Source: a virus. Taken from it: 64,000 nucleotides of DNA. Position 1 is the first letter of the stretch, and the number at the start of each line of letters is the position of its first letter. The translations under genes and the position numbers were made by a program. Shown piece by piece: positions 17,732-27,551 of this stretch. The DNA is taken from the IMG/VR virus record IMGVR_UViG_3300048838_001106, positions 92,270 to 156,269 of that record. One strand, given 5' to 3'. Under the pieces are notes generated by a model. That model had not been told where the DNA came from and did not search any database. It worked only from the letters and a program-made list of their open reading frames with translations.

Positions 17732-20641
17732 TCACATCAAAGCCAGGGGCGCGTAGCTCAAGTAATCCAGATATGAAATAATGCCAGACGCAGCAGTAGT
17801 GCGCCAAACGCTATGCGATATGTTGTAGGCAGTGCCGGTAGGGGAGTTGTGAGTTATCGTTGCGGAGCCGATCAGTGCCCGAGTGCCAGCGTTCCACACA
17901 GTCAACGTCGCTGTGCTTCCAGCCCACGATATGTTGATTGTGTACATTGTACCAACTGATATGGCTATTGACGATGAAACCACGCGAGTTCCAGAGGATG
18001 CACTCACAAGGTAGACAGTGCCAGAGGACCCGTATTCAGCCCAAATTCCGTTCAACGGCAATCCAGCGGCGGTGGTTAGGAAAATACCAGTACAGCACAC
18101 GACAGACGTGGCCGACGGCCAGCGCAGAGTTGCATTTACTTCGCCAGAGTCCATGACGGCAGCTCGGCCGGCCGTTTTGATCTGCCCGCCAGAGTTAGCA
18201 GATGCAACGGCCGCTATTGCAATCACGCCCGCCGTACCAGTGAAGGCGCTGGTTTGAATGGCCTGTGTGCCAGCGGCGAAAGTGTTGAACCACCAACCAG
18301 TGTGAGCCGTGGCCTCGGTAGTGGGTAGCAGGCCAAAGAAGTCGTTGGAGATTTCGCGGTGCCTTAGAACGAGTTTGCTGGACTCAGTGACGACCTTGAT
18401 CCCCTGGCTGCCAGTGATGATGTTTTCAAGGGTTCCAATTCCAGGGATAGTACCATCCACGCTTGATACAAACGCAGAACTGTACACAGCACGAAGAAGA
18501 GAGAATACAGTGTCTCCAGCATTGAACAAGGTATTGTAATCCGTCCAGTCTGCGGCTGCTCGGGAGAAGAATATCTCGGAACCCACCTTGTATTGATCCT
18601 GGAATGTCAGATCCGTGCCCGCGTCCAATTCAAGAACTCCAGCAGGAACAACCCTTAACTTGACCGTGGTCCCTGTAGTGGTAATTGCCTTGTCGCCAGC
18701 TCCAGTGAAATTGATCTGCCCAGCAACAACACCAATGTCTATCGGGAAGTCGTTGCTGTCGACAGACATCCCCTGCATAAACTCGGCGGAGTTCGTGTTA
18801 TTAACGATGAAAGTGTCGACGTTCGCAGAGAACGACCCAAGTCCGGTAGCTCCAGCCAACAACGACACGCGGGCGATCCCTGCACTGTTTCTGAAAACCC
18901 ACCCTGTGTTGTGGGCCATGTTGATAGATGTAGTGGCGCTAGATGTTACGGGAGTCGCGCCCTGATTGTCCACAGCGTTATCAAGCGTCACAATAGACGC
19001 AACGTAGCCAGGGGTAAGCCCCACCGAAAAGGTCTCTCCACCCCCACCACCAGCCGCTTCGGTAAGAGTGATTCCGGTTCCGGCAATCAGCTTTCCATTT
19101 AGGTAGCCCGCAGATGAATCGTCAGATGACACTTTTACAACCTGGTCTGTATTAACAACGGTGGTTGCTACGGTGAGAGTTTCATTGCCGCCTGGAGACC
19201 CCTCAGTCAGTGTGATGCCCGATCCAGCTACCAGCTTTCCAAGAAGATAACCCGAGGTAGTATCGTCTGAAGTCACTTTCACAACCTGGTCTGTGTTGGT
19301 AACAGTCGAAGCAATGGAAAGCCGCTCCACGTTCCCACCACCAGGTACGACTTCCTTTGTTACTGTGATTCCTGCCCCCGCTATCACCTTGCTTTCCAGG
19401 TACTGAGCCGTGTCATCCGCCGCCGATGTCCTGACAAGCTGGTCTGTGTTCACGACAGTACATGCCACAGTTAATTTCTCATTCAGGCCATCATCTGTTT
19501 CAGTGACCGATATACCTGTTCCCGCTACGACCTTTGAAAAAAGATAACCCGGAGTCGTGTCATTTGAAGTGACTTTCGCCAGTTCATCTGTCCCCACACC
19601 TAGCGCTGCAATGATAAGTGTTTCATCTAGGCCATCATCGTTTTCTGTCAATGATACTCCAGCCCCCGCAACCAGTTTTCCAAGCAGATAACCCGAGGTC
19701 GTATCATTTGAAGTCACTTTCACAACCTGGTCCGTGTTCGTAACGGTGGTTGCTACGGTGAGAGTTTCATTGCCGCCAGGAGATCCCTCGGTGAGCGTAA
19801 TACCAGATCCCGCAACCAGCTTGCCCAGTAGGTATCCTGACGTAGTGTCATCTGATGTCACCTTAACCACTTGATCTGTGTTCACAATAGTTGAGGCAAT
19901 AGTGAGCTTTTCGTTTAGTCCGTCATCGGTCTCTGTAACAGTGATGCCCGTACCAGCAACGACCTTGGAAAGAAGATACCCAGGTGTGGTGTCGTTCGAC
20001 GTAACTTTTGTAAGCTCATCCGTACCGATACCGAGAGCTGCAATGGTAAGTGTCTCCGCTGCCCCATCGTTATTCTCGGTCAAGGACACACCTGCGCCAG
20101 CTACCAGTTTTCCAAGCAGGTAGCCAGACGTTGTATCGTTTGAAGTTACCTTAACATTCTGGTCTGTATTAACAACGGTGGTTGCCACGGTGAGAGTTTC
20201 ATTGCCGCCTGGAGACCCCTCGGTGAGCGTAATACCAGATCCGGCAACCAGCTTTCCAAGAAGATAACCCGAGGTCGTATCGTCTGACGTGACCTTAACC
20301 ACTTGATCTGTGTTCGTCACGGTGCATGTGATAGTCAGGTCTTCATCAGCTCCTTCATTCACCGTTGAAATGGAGATTCCAGTTCCGGCTGCGATCTTAC
20401 CTTCCAGATATCCAGGTGTCGTATCATTCAGAGACACCTTTACCAGCTCGTCAGAATCCGCTGGTGCCACGTAAACGTCGTACCAGTTACCTGTGCCGAT
20501 AATTTTCTCAAGCTGGCTTCTGATGGCGTTTAAGTCATCCTCAAGCGAAGCCGCTGCTGACTCAAGCGTCACGCCAGATGCGAGAGTGTCATCATAGGTA
20601 GTGGACTTGTTGATCTGTGTGCTCTGTTTGATTTTCTTCAT
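17732..20641 (-). CDS. tail fibre / long virion appendage protein with ten ~48-aa repeats
   Basis: Repeats of TDQVVKVTSDDTTSGYLLGKLVAGSGITLTE...ETLTV; beta-rich, lectin-like C-terminus. Confidence 0.75.
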   Translation of the reverse strand: MKKIKQSTQINKSTTYDDTLASGVTLESAAASLEDDLNAIRSQLEKIIGTGNWYDVYVAPADSDELVKVSLNDTTPGYLEGKIAAGTGISISTVNEGADEDLTITCTVTNTDQVVKVTSDDTTSGYLLGKLVAGSGITLTEGSPGGNETLTVATTVVNTDQNVKVTSNDTTSGYLLGKLVAGAGVSLTENNDGAAETLTIAALGIGTDELTKVTSNDTTPGYLLSKVVAGTGITVTETDDGLNEKLTIASTIVNTDQVVKVTSDDTTSGYLLGKLVAGSGITLTEGSPGGNETLTVATTVTNTDQVVKVTSNDTTSGYLLGKLVAGAGVSLTENDDGLDETLIIAALGVGTDELAKVTSNDTTPGYLFSKVVAGTGISVTETDDGLNEKLTVACTVVNTDQLVRTSAADDTAQYLESKVIAGAGITVTKEVVPGGGNVERLSIASTVTNTDQVVKVTSDDTTSGYLLGKLVAGSGITLTEGSPGGNETLTVATTVVNTDQVVKVSSDDSSAGYLNGKLIAGTGITLTEAAGGGGGETFSVGLTPGYVASIVTLDNAVDNQGATPVTSSATTSINMAHNTGWVFRNSAGIARVSLLAGATGLGSFSANVDTFIVNNTNSAEFMQGMSVDSNDFPIDIGVVAGQINFTGAGDKAITTTGTTVKLRVVPAGVLELDAGTDLTFQDQYKVGSEIFFSRAAADWTDYNTLFNAGDTVFSLLRAVYSSAFVSSVDGTIPGIGTLENIITGSQGIKVVTESSKLVLRHREISNDFFGLLPTTEATAHTGWWFNTFAAGTQAIQTSAFTGTAGVIAIAAVASANSGGQIKTAGRAAVMDSGEVNATLRWPSATSVVCCTGIFLTTAAGLPLNGIWAEYGSSGTVYLVSASSGTRVVSSSIAISVGTMYTINISWAGSTATLTVWNAGTRALIGSATITHNSPTGTAYNISHSVWRTTAASGIISYLDYLSYAPLALM
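19020..20455 (-). repeat. intragenic tandem repeat, ten units of ~141-150 bp
   Basis: Visible in both DNA and protein; units 2-4 are duplicated as units 5-7. Confidence 0.85.
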
Positions 20642-22278
20642 TAAAAAAGGTCCGGGTAAGTACGTCTAATCCAAGTGCGCATTTCAGCCTCTTCCTCGTC
20701 AGTGATGGTTGCGGGAACAGCCCACATTCCATAGAAAAACCCATTCGGAGGAACACCGAAGCCGAGATATTTTCGACCGATGCCAAAAGTGCTTGTGCCT
20801 GTTGGGAAACCTGTATTCGCTCGCAATACACGGCGCTTGGGCGTAAGTGTCCCCCAGAATGTAACCCCGTCAGCATCTGTGGACAAAGTAAGTAGTGATG
20901 CCTCTGCACTTGCATCCTGTGTATCAACAAGGGACAAATAAGATCCAGCATACGTCTGGAAGTGCGAACCCTGATGACCAAATAAACCAACGCCCGTTCC
21001 AGCTAGGTTGTCGTGACCCCAGATACGCACATCGGCGCTGAGCGTAATGAATCGAATCAAAACAAACAGTGTAAAGTGGCCACCCGCAAGGGTTGAGAGT
21101 CCTGCTCTGACATATTCATCGTTTGACCCGTCAAGCTGAATGGCGGGATAGCCTATGCCAGCTGCATTTGCACGATAAATTCCTCGCGCCGTACCTGTCG
21201 AAGAGAGTGTCATGCCGTTGACTGGCTCTGGAATAACATCGACAGGATCGCCATCTGCGACTGTTGTGACATAACTTGATTGCCAGTCGTTGACCACAAA
21301 TGCTGGCATAGGCCCTGGGTCAAGAGTTTCGAGCTTTGATAGAAGATCGTCAACAATGGCAGTCCGTTCTGGCGTCGTCAAAAGCTTATCAATTTTGATA
21401 AGGTCAGAGACCCAGCCATTCATAGAACTAAGACTATTGTATGACCCGATACTAAGAGAGGCGACCGACGATGTTGTACCTGTTTTCGGCGTTGTGCCAA
21501 CATCTACGCCGTTGAGTGAAACTATAAGATCAGTTCCAGTGTAACGCGCGTGCAAAACCTGTGGAGCAATGCTCATGCGAGAGGAAGCTCTTGCATAGAC
21601 GCCATCAAAACCAAATGCAACACCATGAGGCGACGCACTTTCGGCTGCAACTAAAAGCCACCCAGCGCTACCGTTCCAGATCCCTGAGACTACGGCGTTC
21701 ATTTGAGTATCTGTACGAATCTTGACAAGCGCAAAAATTTCAAAAGGGCCAATGATATCTGCTGCAACGGAGGACGGAGCTGTAAAAGTTACATTCCTAA
21801 ATCTCACAGCTTCGCGTCCCCTTATATCAGAAAGAAGCAACGAAGCGGATGGAGACCGCTCAGCCACTAAATTGTTTTCTGTGTTCGAGCGCCAAGATGT
21901 TAGTTGGTCGCCTGAAACTATTTCAGAAAAACGAGTTCCTGTTTTATTACCTGGGCGGAACCAGAACGCAACGTCATCAAGGTGATCCATGACAGGAGAA
22001 AGCTCAATTTCATTACCACCGTCTGAGTCGCGGAAAACGGTGCCATCCCAATACGCCAAAGCAATACCAACTACTTCATAATATCCAGGAGTAAGAGAAA
22101 CCTGACTTGCTTCAATCAAAGAAGTAACTGTAGCAAACGCAATGACACCGCCACCTCCACCCGTTACCGGAGTCCGTCCTACTGCAACCCATTTCACGCC
22201 ATCCCATCGGTACTTGTAGGCGTATTCGTGGACAAACTCTTCATCTAAGACTGGTGCGTTTGGAAAGTTAATTGGCAT
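20641..22278 (-). CDS. tail fibre / receptor-binding protein with LamG-like domains
   Basis: MPINFP..YRWDGVKW N-terminal module; IVSLNG, LSIGS...GWVSDLIKIDKLLT..ER; second similar domain. Confidence 0.65.
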   Translation of the reverse strand: MPINFPNAPVLDEEFVHEYAYKYRWDGVKWVAVGRTPVTGGGGGVIAFATVTSLIEASQVSLTPGYYEVVGIALAYWDGTVFRDSDGGNEIELSPVMDHLDDVAFWFRPGNKTGTRFSEIVSGDQLTSWRSNTENNLVAERSPSASLLLSDIRGREAVRFRNVTFTAPSSVAADIIGPFEIFALVKIRTDTQMNAVVSGIWNGSAGWLLVAAESASPHGVAFGFDGVYARASSRMSIAPQVLHARYTGTDLIVSLNGVDVGTTPKTGTTSSVASLSIGSYNSLSSMNGWVSDLIKIDKLLTTPERTAIVDDLLSKLETLDPGPMPAFVVNDWQSSYVTTVADGDPVDVIPEPVNGMTLSSTGTARGIYRANAAGIGYPAIQLDGSNDEYVRAGLSTLAGGHFTLFVLIRFITLSADVRIWGHDNLAGTGVGLFGHQGSHFQTYAGSYLSLVDTQDASAEASLLTLSTDADGVTFWGTLTPKRRVLRANTGFPTGTSTFGIGRKYLGFGVPPNGFFYGMWAVPATITDEEEAEMRTWIRRTYPDLF

Positions 22279-22302
22279 ATCAGGTCGGCGCTCCGGCTGG
22301 CT
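22271..22302. repeat. 32-bp direct repeat, copy 1 (copy 2 at 23763-23794)
   Basis: ATTGGCATATYAGGTCGGCGCTCCGGCTGGCT, one mismatch between copies. Confidence 0.85.
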
Positions 22303-23449
22303 AAGTTCGTGGCAGTGGATAACTCAAAAACGGAAACGGTACGTCTGCTGGAAACAGAAAACCAATATACCTTGTCCACTTAACGTATTTCTTTTCAGGC
22401 ACCGGCCCGTCAAAAAAACGCATGTAATGTTGGCGTCGTGGCCTAGAATCACCTGACCCCATCTCTAAGCAAAGTCCCGGTTTGAGCCAACCCTTAGCGT
22501 ATCCGGGCGACGCGACTGCGATTTTTCTTGATAGCGTCTTATTGTCACCATCCCGCGGAGACGTTCCGTGCTCCGGCACTGCGTTAAGCTCGTCGTTGAA
22601 CGTGTAATTTTTAATCAGACCGAGCGCAAACGCCTTGTCGATGACACCTGACGCGTTGCGTCCGTGGATAACCACATTAACTTCAGCATTCGTTCCACCA
22701 AAAGTTTGTCGCTCAATCCACAGCACGCCCTCGGGATAGGTATCACCGACGTTTACAGGGTCGATCTGGTGAATATCCCCGCACATATACAGGAACCTGG
22801 CCTCGGGCACGTCGCTGCCGCCGAACCAGAACATTGCAGTGTTTTCCTCTGAATCGAGGACAAGCATCAAATCCAAACCTTCCGTGTTCTGGCCCAAAAA
22901 AGCGCCTTCAAAATCAGCACAGCCGTTCAGAAATCCAACCTGATTCGAGTATGGGTTGATTCCGCCCGATGTCACCATATCAGAAAAGTCGCCACCACCG
23001 AGCGCACCTGTCGAATCCCAACCACCTGCAAACGTTTTTGTGGTTGCCTCCATGTTTGGGAAAATTACAGGAACCCAGTTTTGAGTCCTGAACCCGTCTG
23101 AGCTGTCTATCGTGTACGTTGTGTTTGGAAGCAGGTAGTCGCCAGCACCCGGATAGGCTGAAGAGCTGCCATATCCACCAATGAGTAGCACAAATTCAAA
23201 ACCTTCTGGCGATGCGCCGATCATTCTCCTTACACGAATGGCGAATGTTCGGTTGCCACCACCGCCAGTGAATGTGGCAATATCTGACACTTGCCAGTCA
23301 GCTCCAACGCGCGCGCGAAGCCTGTTGCGAAAGTCGGCAATCATAGGCCGCATTCGATTTTCTGGCGTTGTTGGATAACTGACGCCGTCCCCGTAATTCC
23401 GAATCAAGTAAGCGCCGTCCACTACTAAATCTGCGTACGCAATACCCAT
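22301..23449 (-). CDS. hypothetical tail-associated protein
   Basis: 382 aa, GAGGTG RBS, inside the fibre cluster. Confidence 0.6.
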   Translation of the reverse strand: MGIAYADLVVDGAYLIRNYGDGVSYPTTPENRMRPMIADFRNRLRARVGADWQVSDIATFTGGGGNRTFAIRVRRMIGASPEGFEFVLLIGGYGSSSAYPGAGDYLLPNTTYTIDSSDGFRTQNWVPVIFPNMEATTKTFAGGWDSTGALGGGDFSDMVTSGGINPYSNQVGFLNGCADFEGAFLGQNTEGLDLMLVLDSEENTAMFWFGGSDVPEARFLYMCGDIHQIDPVNVGDTYPEGVLWIERQTFGGTNAEVNVVIHGRNASGVIDKAFALGLIKNYTFNDELNAVPEHGTSPRDGDNKTLSRKIAVASPGYAKGWLKPGLCLEMGSGDSRPRRQHYMRFFDGPVPEKKYVKWTRYIGFLFPADVPFPFLSYPLPRT

Positions 23450-23458
23450 ATTAGCACC

Positions 23459-23770
23459 TCAAATATCCTCTACCGTTGGATAGTAGGTTAGTATCTGTTG
23501 ATGTGTTGCGGTTGCTTTGGTTGGGTATTGGAACGATACGCCGTCCCAATATACCATGATCCACTCGCCAACAACCTCGTAATAGCCCGGCGCAAGATCA
23601 ACTTCTGAGGCGGAGATCAGTGCGCTGACCGACGTATATTTAATTGGCACACCTATAGGCTGACCAGGCTGACCCGCACCAACCCACTTCACTCCATCCC
23701 AAAAATAGCGTCTGCCATTCAGGGTATAGGGTGTGCCAATTTCTGGCGATGTTGGAAAATTGATTGGCAT
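23459..23770 (-). CDS. short paralog of the MPINFP fibre N-terminal module
   Basis: MPINFPTSP...YFWDGVKWV...LAPGYYEVVG..YWDG aligns with the N-terminus of 20641..22278. Confidence 0.7.
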   Translation of the reverse strand: MPINFPTSPEIGTPYTLNGRRYFWDGVKWVGAGQPGQPIGVPIKYTSVSALISASEVDLAPGYYEVVGEWIMVYWDGVSFQYPTKATATHQQILTYYPTVEDI

Positions 23771-23771
23771 A

Positions 23772-24650
23772 TTAGGTCGGCGCTCCGGCTGGCTGGAAGT
23801 CGTCCTCAACCCCCATGACGGCTTGTGTGCTCGTGGTGTGAGATGAGGCGAAATGCTGCATTTTCCGCACGCCACCGACAAACTGGCACGTTCCGGGGAC
23901 CGCCGTTGGCTGGCGCGTGAAGATATATTTCATCATTCCAACTTTTCGACTTGTTGCGGTCGTAACACACGCCACTATTGGCTCAGGCTGATCGCGCCCG
24001 CCAATTAAATTCCCGTTGACGTGCCCGCCAGCAACGGACGCGTATGTGCTAATATTCATACCGAGCTGCACCCAATCTGTCGCCTGAACGCCAGTAGCTG
24101 CAACCCGGATTCGGGAGTCTGTGGATGTTGACGCACCTGGGAACCATGCATTTCCCCCACCTGCCGTATCAGGCGGCCCAGCCAGAAAGCCTTGCCCTGT
24201 AAGGCCGACGGAAGGATCGGTCGAAAACGCAGGATTGTGAATGTATCCGGCATGTATCCCTTGCGGGTAGCCGACGATCGACGATGCATAATTCGCTGTG
24301 AAAATCGTGAACGCGTCGCGCCATTCGTGGAACTGCCAGTAGGCCGTATTGAACGGAATTGCGTCAGTCGCACCAGACGCCATTGCGCTGATTCCGGTGC
24401 CCGAGCCGTCGGTAATTGTGCCGCTAGGATCAATTCGCATTGTGACGTTGTTTGTTGAGCGCACGAACAGATATTGTGACGTGGTGTCGCCAAGAAGCTG
24501 GCGCACAACAAAGCCGGTGTCAGACGTCTGGAATTGAACTTCCCAATGAGTCGACGTGTCGAATTTATTACGTAGCGCCACAAACGCGTCGGCGGCCACG
24601 CCGCCAGTGACGAGGTATTTGTGGCTTTTGGTTGGTTGCATTGATGCCAT
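23772..24650 (-). CDS. hypothetical tail-associated protein
   Basis: 292 aa, G/T/A-rich; GAGGAG RBS. Confidence 0.65.
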   Translation of the reverse strand: MASMQPTKSHKYLVTGGVAADAFVALRNKFDTSTHWEVQFQTSDTGFVVRQLLGDTTSQYLFVRSTNNVTMRIDPSGTITDGSGTGISAMASGATDAIPFNTAYWQFHEWRDAFTIFTANYASSIVGYPQGIHAGYIHNPAFSTDPSVGLTGQGFLAGPPDTAGGGNAWFPGASTSTDSRIRVAATGVQATDWVQLGMNISTYASVAGGHVNGNLIGGRDQPEPIVACVTTATSRKVGMMKYIFTRQPTAVPGTCQFVGGVRKMQHFASSHTTSTQAVMGVEDDFQPAGAPT

Positions 24651-24660
24651 ATTCTTCTCC

Positions 24661-25992
24661 TCAGCTCAGTTCAAAATCGCTGTACATATCAGGCGCTAGT
24701 GTTGTGTCTTCTTCAGGGGCAAAATCAGTAAAGTCAAAACCCGCTGACAGACTTGAATACATGCCGACAGACAATTCAACACACTCCACAGCATCACTAA
24801 CGATAAAAAAATCAAGAGTGACCTCATCACCCGATTCAAGATCTCCAAGCACTGTCAATGTTGTTCCGGCCAATTCCCAATCTGTTTTGTCGATTCGAAC
24901 ACCGTTCACATACACTGCAACATAACCAGTGTAAGGTGTGTCGCTAAGATCAAAAGTCTTAGGGCCACCCGCATAAACAGCATTGTCTTCGACAGGAACA
25001 AGGTTGACTCCATCAGTAACCTGAATTGCAATGACCCATTGAGCCGAATCACCATCGTCATACCAGATGAACGTATTGCCTGATTCATCATCGAACCAAA
25101 GCTGGCCGGGTTCAGGGTCAAGAGGTGGTGTTCCAGCGATAGGGACAAGAGCCTGTGCCTCAAGGGACTCAAGCCACTCAACCTCGGTACCAATGAAGCC
25201 ATTTGCAACCGCAACTTCGTACGCTGAGTCACCGTCTGCACCAGCGGGGCCAGTAGCACCCGTAGCACCAGTAGCCCCCGTAGCCCCAGTAGCACCAGTA
25301 GCCCCCGTAGCACCCACCAATGAGTCGAGCCAGTCCAGCTCAGTACCGACAAAGCCATTTGCAACCGCAACTTCGTACGCTGAGTCTCCGTCTGCACCAG
25401 CAGCCCCCGTAGCCCCCGTAGCCCCGGTAGCACCCGTAGCCCCAGTGGCACCCACCAATGAGTTGAGCCAATCCAGCTCAGTACCGACAAAGCCATTTGC
25501 AACCGCAACTTCGTACGCTGAGTCTCCGTCTGCACCAGCGGGGCCAGTACCCCCGCCTCCTCCAGATGACAATAAGGCCCAGCCAGACCCATCAAACACT
25601 AGCACAGACGAGCCGTAGTCAGTGCTTATGCTGAGCGTGCTCTGTCCATCTATCAGGTTAGACCCACCGGACACGGTTATGTTGTGTGTTTCTCCCGCCC
25701 CTCCGACATCTTTTACTACAACATACTGGCCTTCAACAGCGTCGTCAGGAAGTACTACGCTAGAGGCAGCAGCGATTGTGGCCGTATCTACGAACACAAA
25801 CACGTCTGTTAGGCCGACGGTGTAAGGCGTCTCAGCAACAACAGTGCTTTGCACGAGGTCCCCGATTTTCAGGGATTCGATGCCTCTGTACAGCTCACGC
25901 GCTACTAGCGTCCAGTTTCTGCGGTCAGGAATTCCACGGCTGCTTAGAGCGGCGGAGATGTTCATTCCGATGGTCTTGTAATCGAGTGGCAT
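24661..25992 (-). CDS. collagen-like fibre protein
   Basis: (GAT)n G-X-Y runs separated by three GADGDSAYEVAVANGFxGTE units; GQLWFD..SG..FIWY.DGDS.QWV; likely ATG at 25992 (GAAGGTG RBS). Confidence 0.75.
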   Translation of the reverse strand: MPLDYKTIGMNISAALSSRGIPDRRNWTLVARELYRGIESLKIGDLVQSTVVAETPYTVGLTDVFVFVDTATIAAASSVVLPDDAVEGQYVVVKDVGGAGETHNITVSGGSNLIDGQSTLSISTDYGSSVLVFDGSGWALLSSGGGGGTGPAGADGDSAYEVAVANGFVGTELDWLNSLVGATGATGATGATGATGAAGADGDSAYEVAVANGFVGTELDWLDSLVGATGATGATGATGATGATGATGPAGADGDSAYEVAVANGFIGTEVEWLESLEAQALVPIAGTPPLDPEPGQLWFDDESGNTFIWYDDGDSAQWVIAIQVTDGVNLVPVEDNAVYAGGPKTFDLSDTPYTGYVAVYVNGVRIDKTDWELAGTTLTVLGDLESGDEVTLDFFIVSDAVECVELSVGMYSSLSAGFDFTDFAPEEDTTLAPDMYSDFELS

Positions 25993-26079
25993 GTCTAACA
26001 CCTTCTCTCGTAGTATACGCGACAATAGCGTCGTGCGATACATTGACGCGACATACTGTTGTGGCGTAATGTCTACCAC

Positions 26080-26514
26080 ATGAGTGACATCACGCAGATA
26101 TTAAAACTGGCAAATCTTCTTTCAGGCTACACGAAAAGCCCACTGTCAGGAGGCGCATCGACACCTCCTCCAGCAGCAGGGTCTATGAAAACAGTGGAGC
26201 CTATCAAACCGGTAGCTCCTCTAGTGGCACCTAAGAGCGCACCGGCTATGCCAACGTCGCCATTGCCGCCACCAGCCAGTTCAAGCAGCGCGCCAATGAC
26301 TACACCTAAGATGCCTCAACTAAAAACTACAACTGGACCGTCTCCTGCGGCAACTAAGTCAGCTGGTCTGGGGCCTCCACCAAAACTGTCACTAGATTTC
26401 CCATCCAGGAATACCGTGGCGCCACCGAAACCACCCAAGGCGTTCAAGCCAGACACGAACAAGATTAAACCAGTTAGTCCATTCCGTAAGGGAACATCGT
26501 CTGGGTCTACCTGA
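26080..26514 (+). CDS. Pro/Lys-rich low-complexity protein
   Basis: MSDITQILKLAN (KxA near the N-terminus) followed by a P/K/S/T-rich tract. Confidence 0.55.
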   Translation: MSDITQILKLANLLSGYTKSPLSGGASTPPPAAGSMKTVEPIKPVAPLVAPKSAPAMPTSPLPPPASSSSAPMTTPKMPQLKTTTGPSPAATKSAGLGPPPKLSLDFPSRNTVAPPKPPKAFKPDTNKIKPVSPFRKGTSSGST

Positions 26515-26537
26515 TTGAAAATAGAAAAAGAGCTGAC

Positions 26538-26846
26538 ATGAAATCAACACTTAACAGGCGCTCCGTAGCAAGAGCTATCGCATCTAAGCAGGGCATGTCT
26601 ATTAACGCAGCCGAGGATGTTATTGATGCACTCATTGAAGAACTGTCCAGACACCTTTGCAGCGGAGGACGCGTGTCGTTCCGGGGCTTGGGAGCTTTTT
26701 CGGTGTACGATCGAAAGACCGACAAATCGTACATCGACATTGCCACTGGCGAGAAAAAAACAGCGCCTCCTAGATCCTATATCAAATTCACCGTCAGCAA
26801 GAAATTGCAAGACCGCGTACGGAGACACCGACATGAACATCCCTAA
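26538..26846 (+). CDS. HU/IHF-family DNA-binding protein
   Basis: GGRVSFRGLGAFSV..RK......ATGE....P....KF.VSK.L. Confidence 0.88.
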   Translation: MKSTLNRRSVARAIASKQGMSINAAEDVIDALIEELSRHLCSGGRVSFRGLGAFSVYDRKTDKSYIDIATGEKKTAPPRSYIKFTVSKKLQDRVRRHRHEHP

Positions 26847-27048
26847 AGATCAAGAAGACAAGCTCAAGGCGTTTGAAGAACTTGTGAAGAAAGCGCAGCA
26901 GTGCGTGGTGGGAGCAGTGTATTCCAAGTATGACCAGTCTTCGATCAATTACGACGAAGCTAGAGTAGCCTTTCTAAAGGCAAGCACAGAGTTTCTTCGT
27001 GTGTGTGTTCCGGCGGACACAGATTACAACAATCAAGCTATACAATAA
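26833..27048 (+). CDS. hypothetical protein
   Basis: ATG at 26833 with GGAG. Confidence 0.55.
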   Translation: MNIPKDQEDKLKAFEELVKKAQQCVVGAVYSKYDQSSINYDEARVAFLKASTEFLRVCVPADTDYNNQAIQ

Positions 27049-27063
27049 CTGAGCTCCGCAAGT

Positions 27064-27100
27064 GGTATAAGAATATGGTAGAGCAATCACGCACTGCCAT
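27064..27100 (+). promoter_or_regulatory. early promoter plus hairpin
   Basis: GGTATAAGAATATGGTAG; hairpin 27075-27100 with AATCAC loop. Confidence 0.6.
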
Positions 27101-27185
27101 TTTCAGCCAGAGGCGCACATGTTTGCAGCAACAACAACTTGGATCGAAATCGAGCCGCCGCCAGAAGCGTAGGTTCAACAAAGAC

Positions 27186-27225
27186 AAGAAAAAAGCGTTT
27201 ACGGCGTAAACGCTTTTTTCTTTAG
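27186..27225. terminator. bidirectional intrinsic terminator
   Basis: Perfect 18-bp inverted repeat AAGAAAAAAGCGTTTACG-G-CGTAAACGCTTTTTTCTT between convergent units. Confidence 0.85.
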
Positions 27226-27551
27226 CTCGCGTCATCGAACGGGTTTGCCATAACTTCTGGTGTCTTAGAGAACGGCGTCCATGCCCTGCCTCGCGCGCCT
27301 GTGAGCGATATGTAAGCGCCTCGATTCTCTGGATTAGGGTCCATGAACCCTAGATCGTACTTCTTCCCGCCTGGGCGTGCCACTTCCACAATCTGAAGGT
27401 CGGCGGTCATGATACCGAGCTCACTACACGCGCGAGAGATAGCATCGTCGATTACTTTGTTGTCGGCGTGCGTTGCGCCTGAATTGATAAGCAATTTTTG
27501 AAGAAGTTTGTTGAAGGGAATGAGAGGGATTACTGTTTCTGCGCGACTCAT
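27222..27551 (-). CDS. hypothetical protein
   Basis: ATG at 27551 with AAGGAG; ATGA overlap. Confidence 0.6.
   Translation of the reverse strand: MSRAETVIPLIPFNKLLQKLLINSGATHADNKVIDDAISRACSELGIMTADLQIVEVARPGGKKYDLGFMDPNPENRGAYISLTGARGRAWTPFSKTPEVMANPFDDAS

Noticed and set aside
20641-23794. Diversity-generating retroelement or invertase shufflon in the fibre genes
   Set aside because: No reverse transcriptase or recombinase in the window; repeats are direct and show no adenine-specific mismatch pattern.
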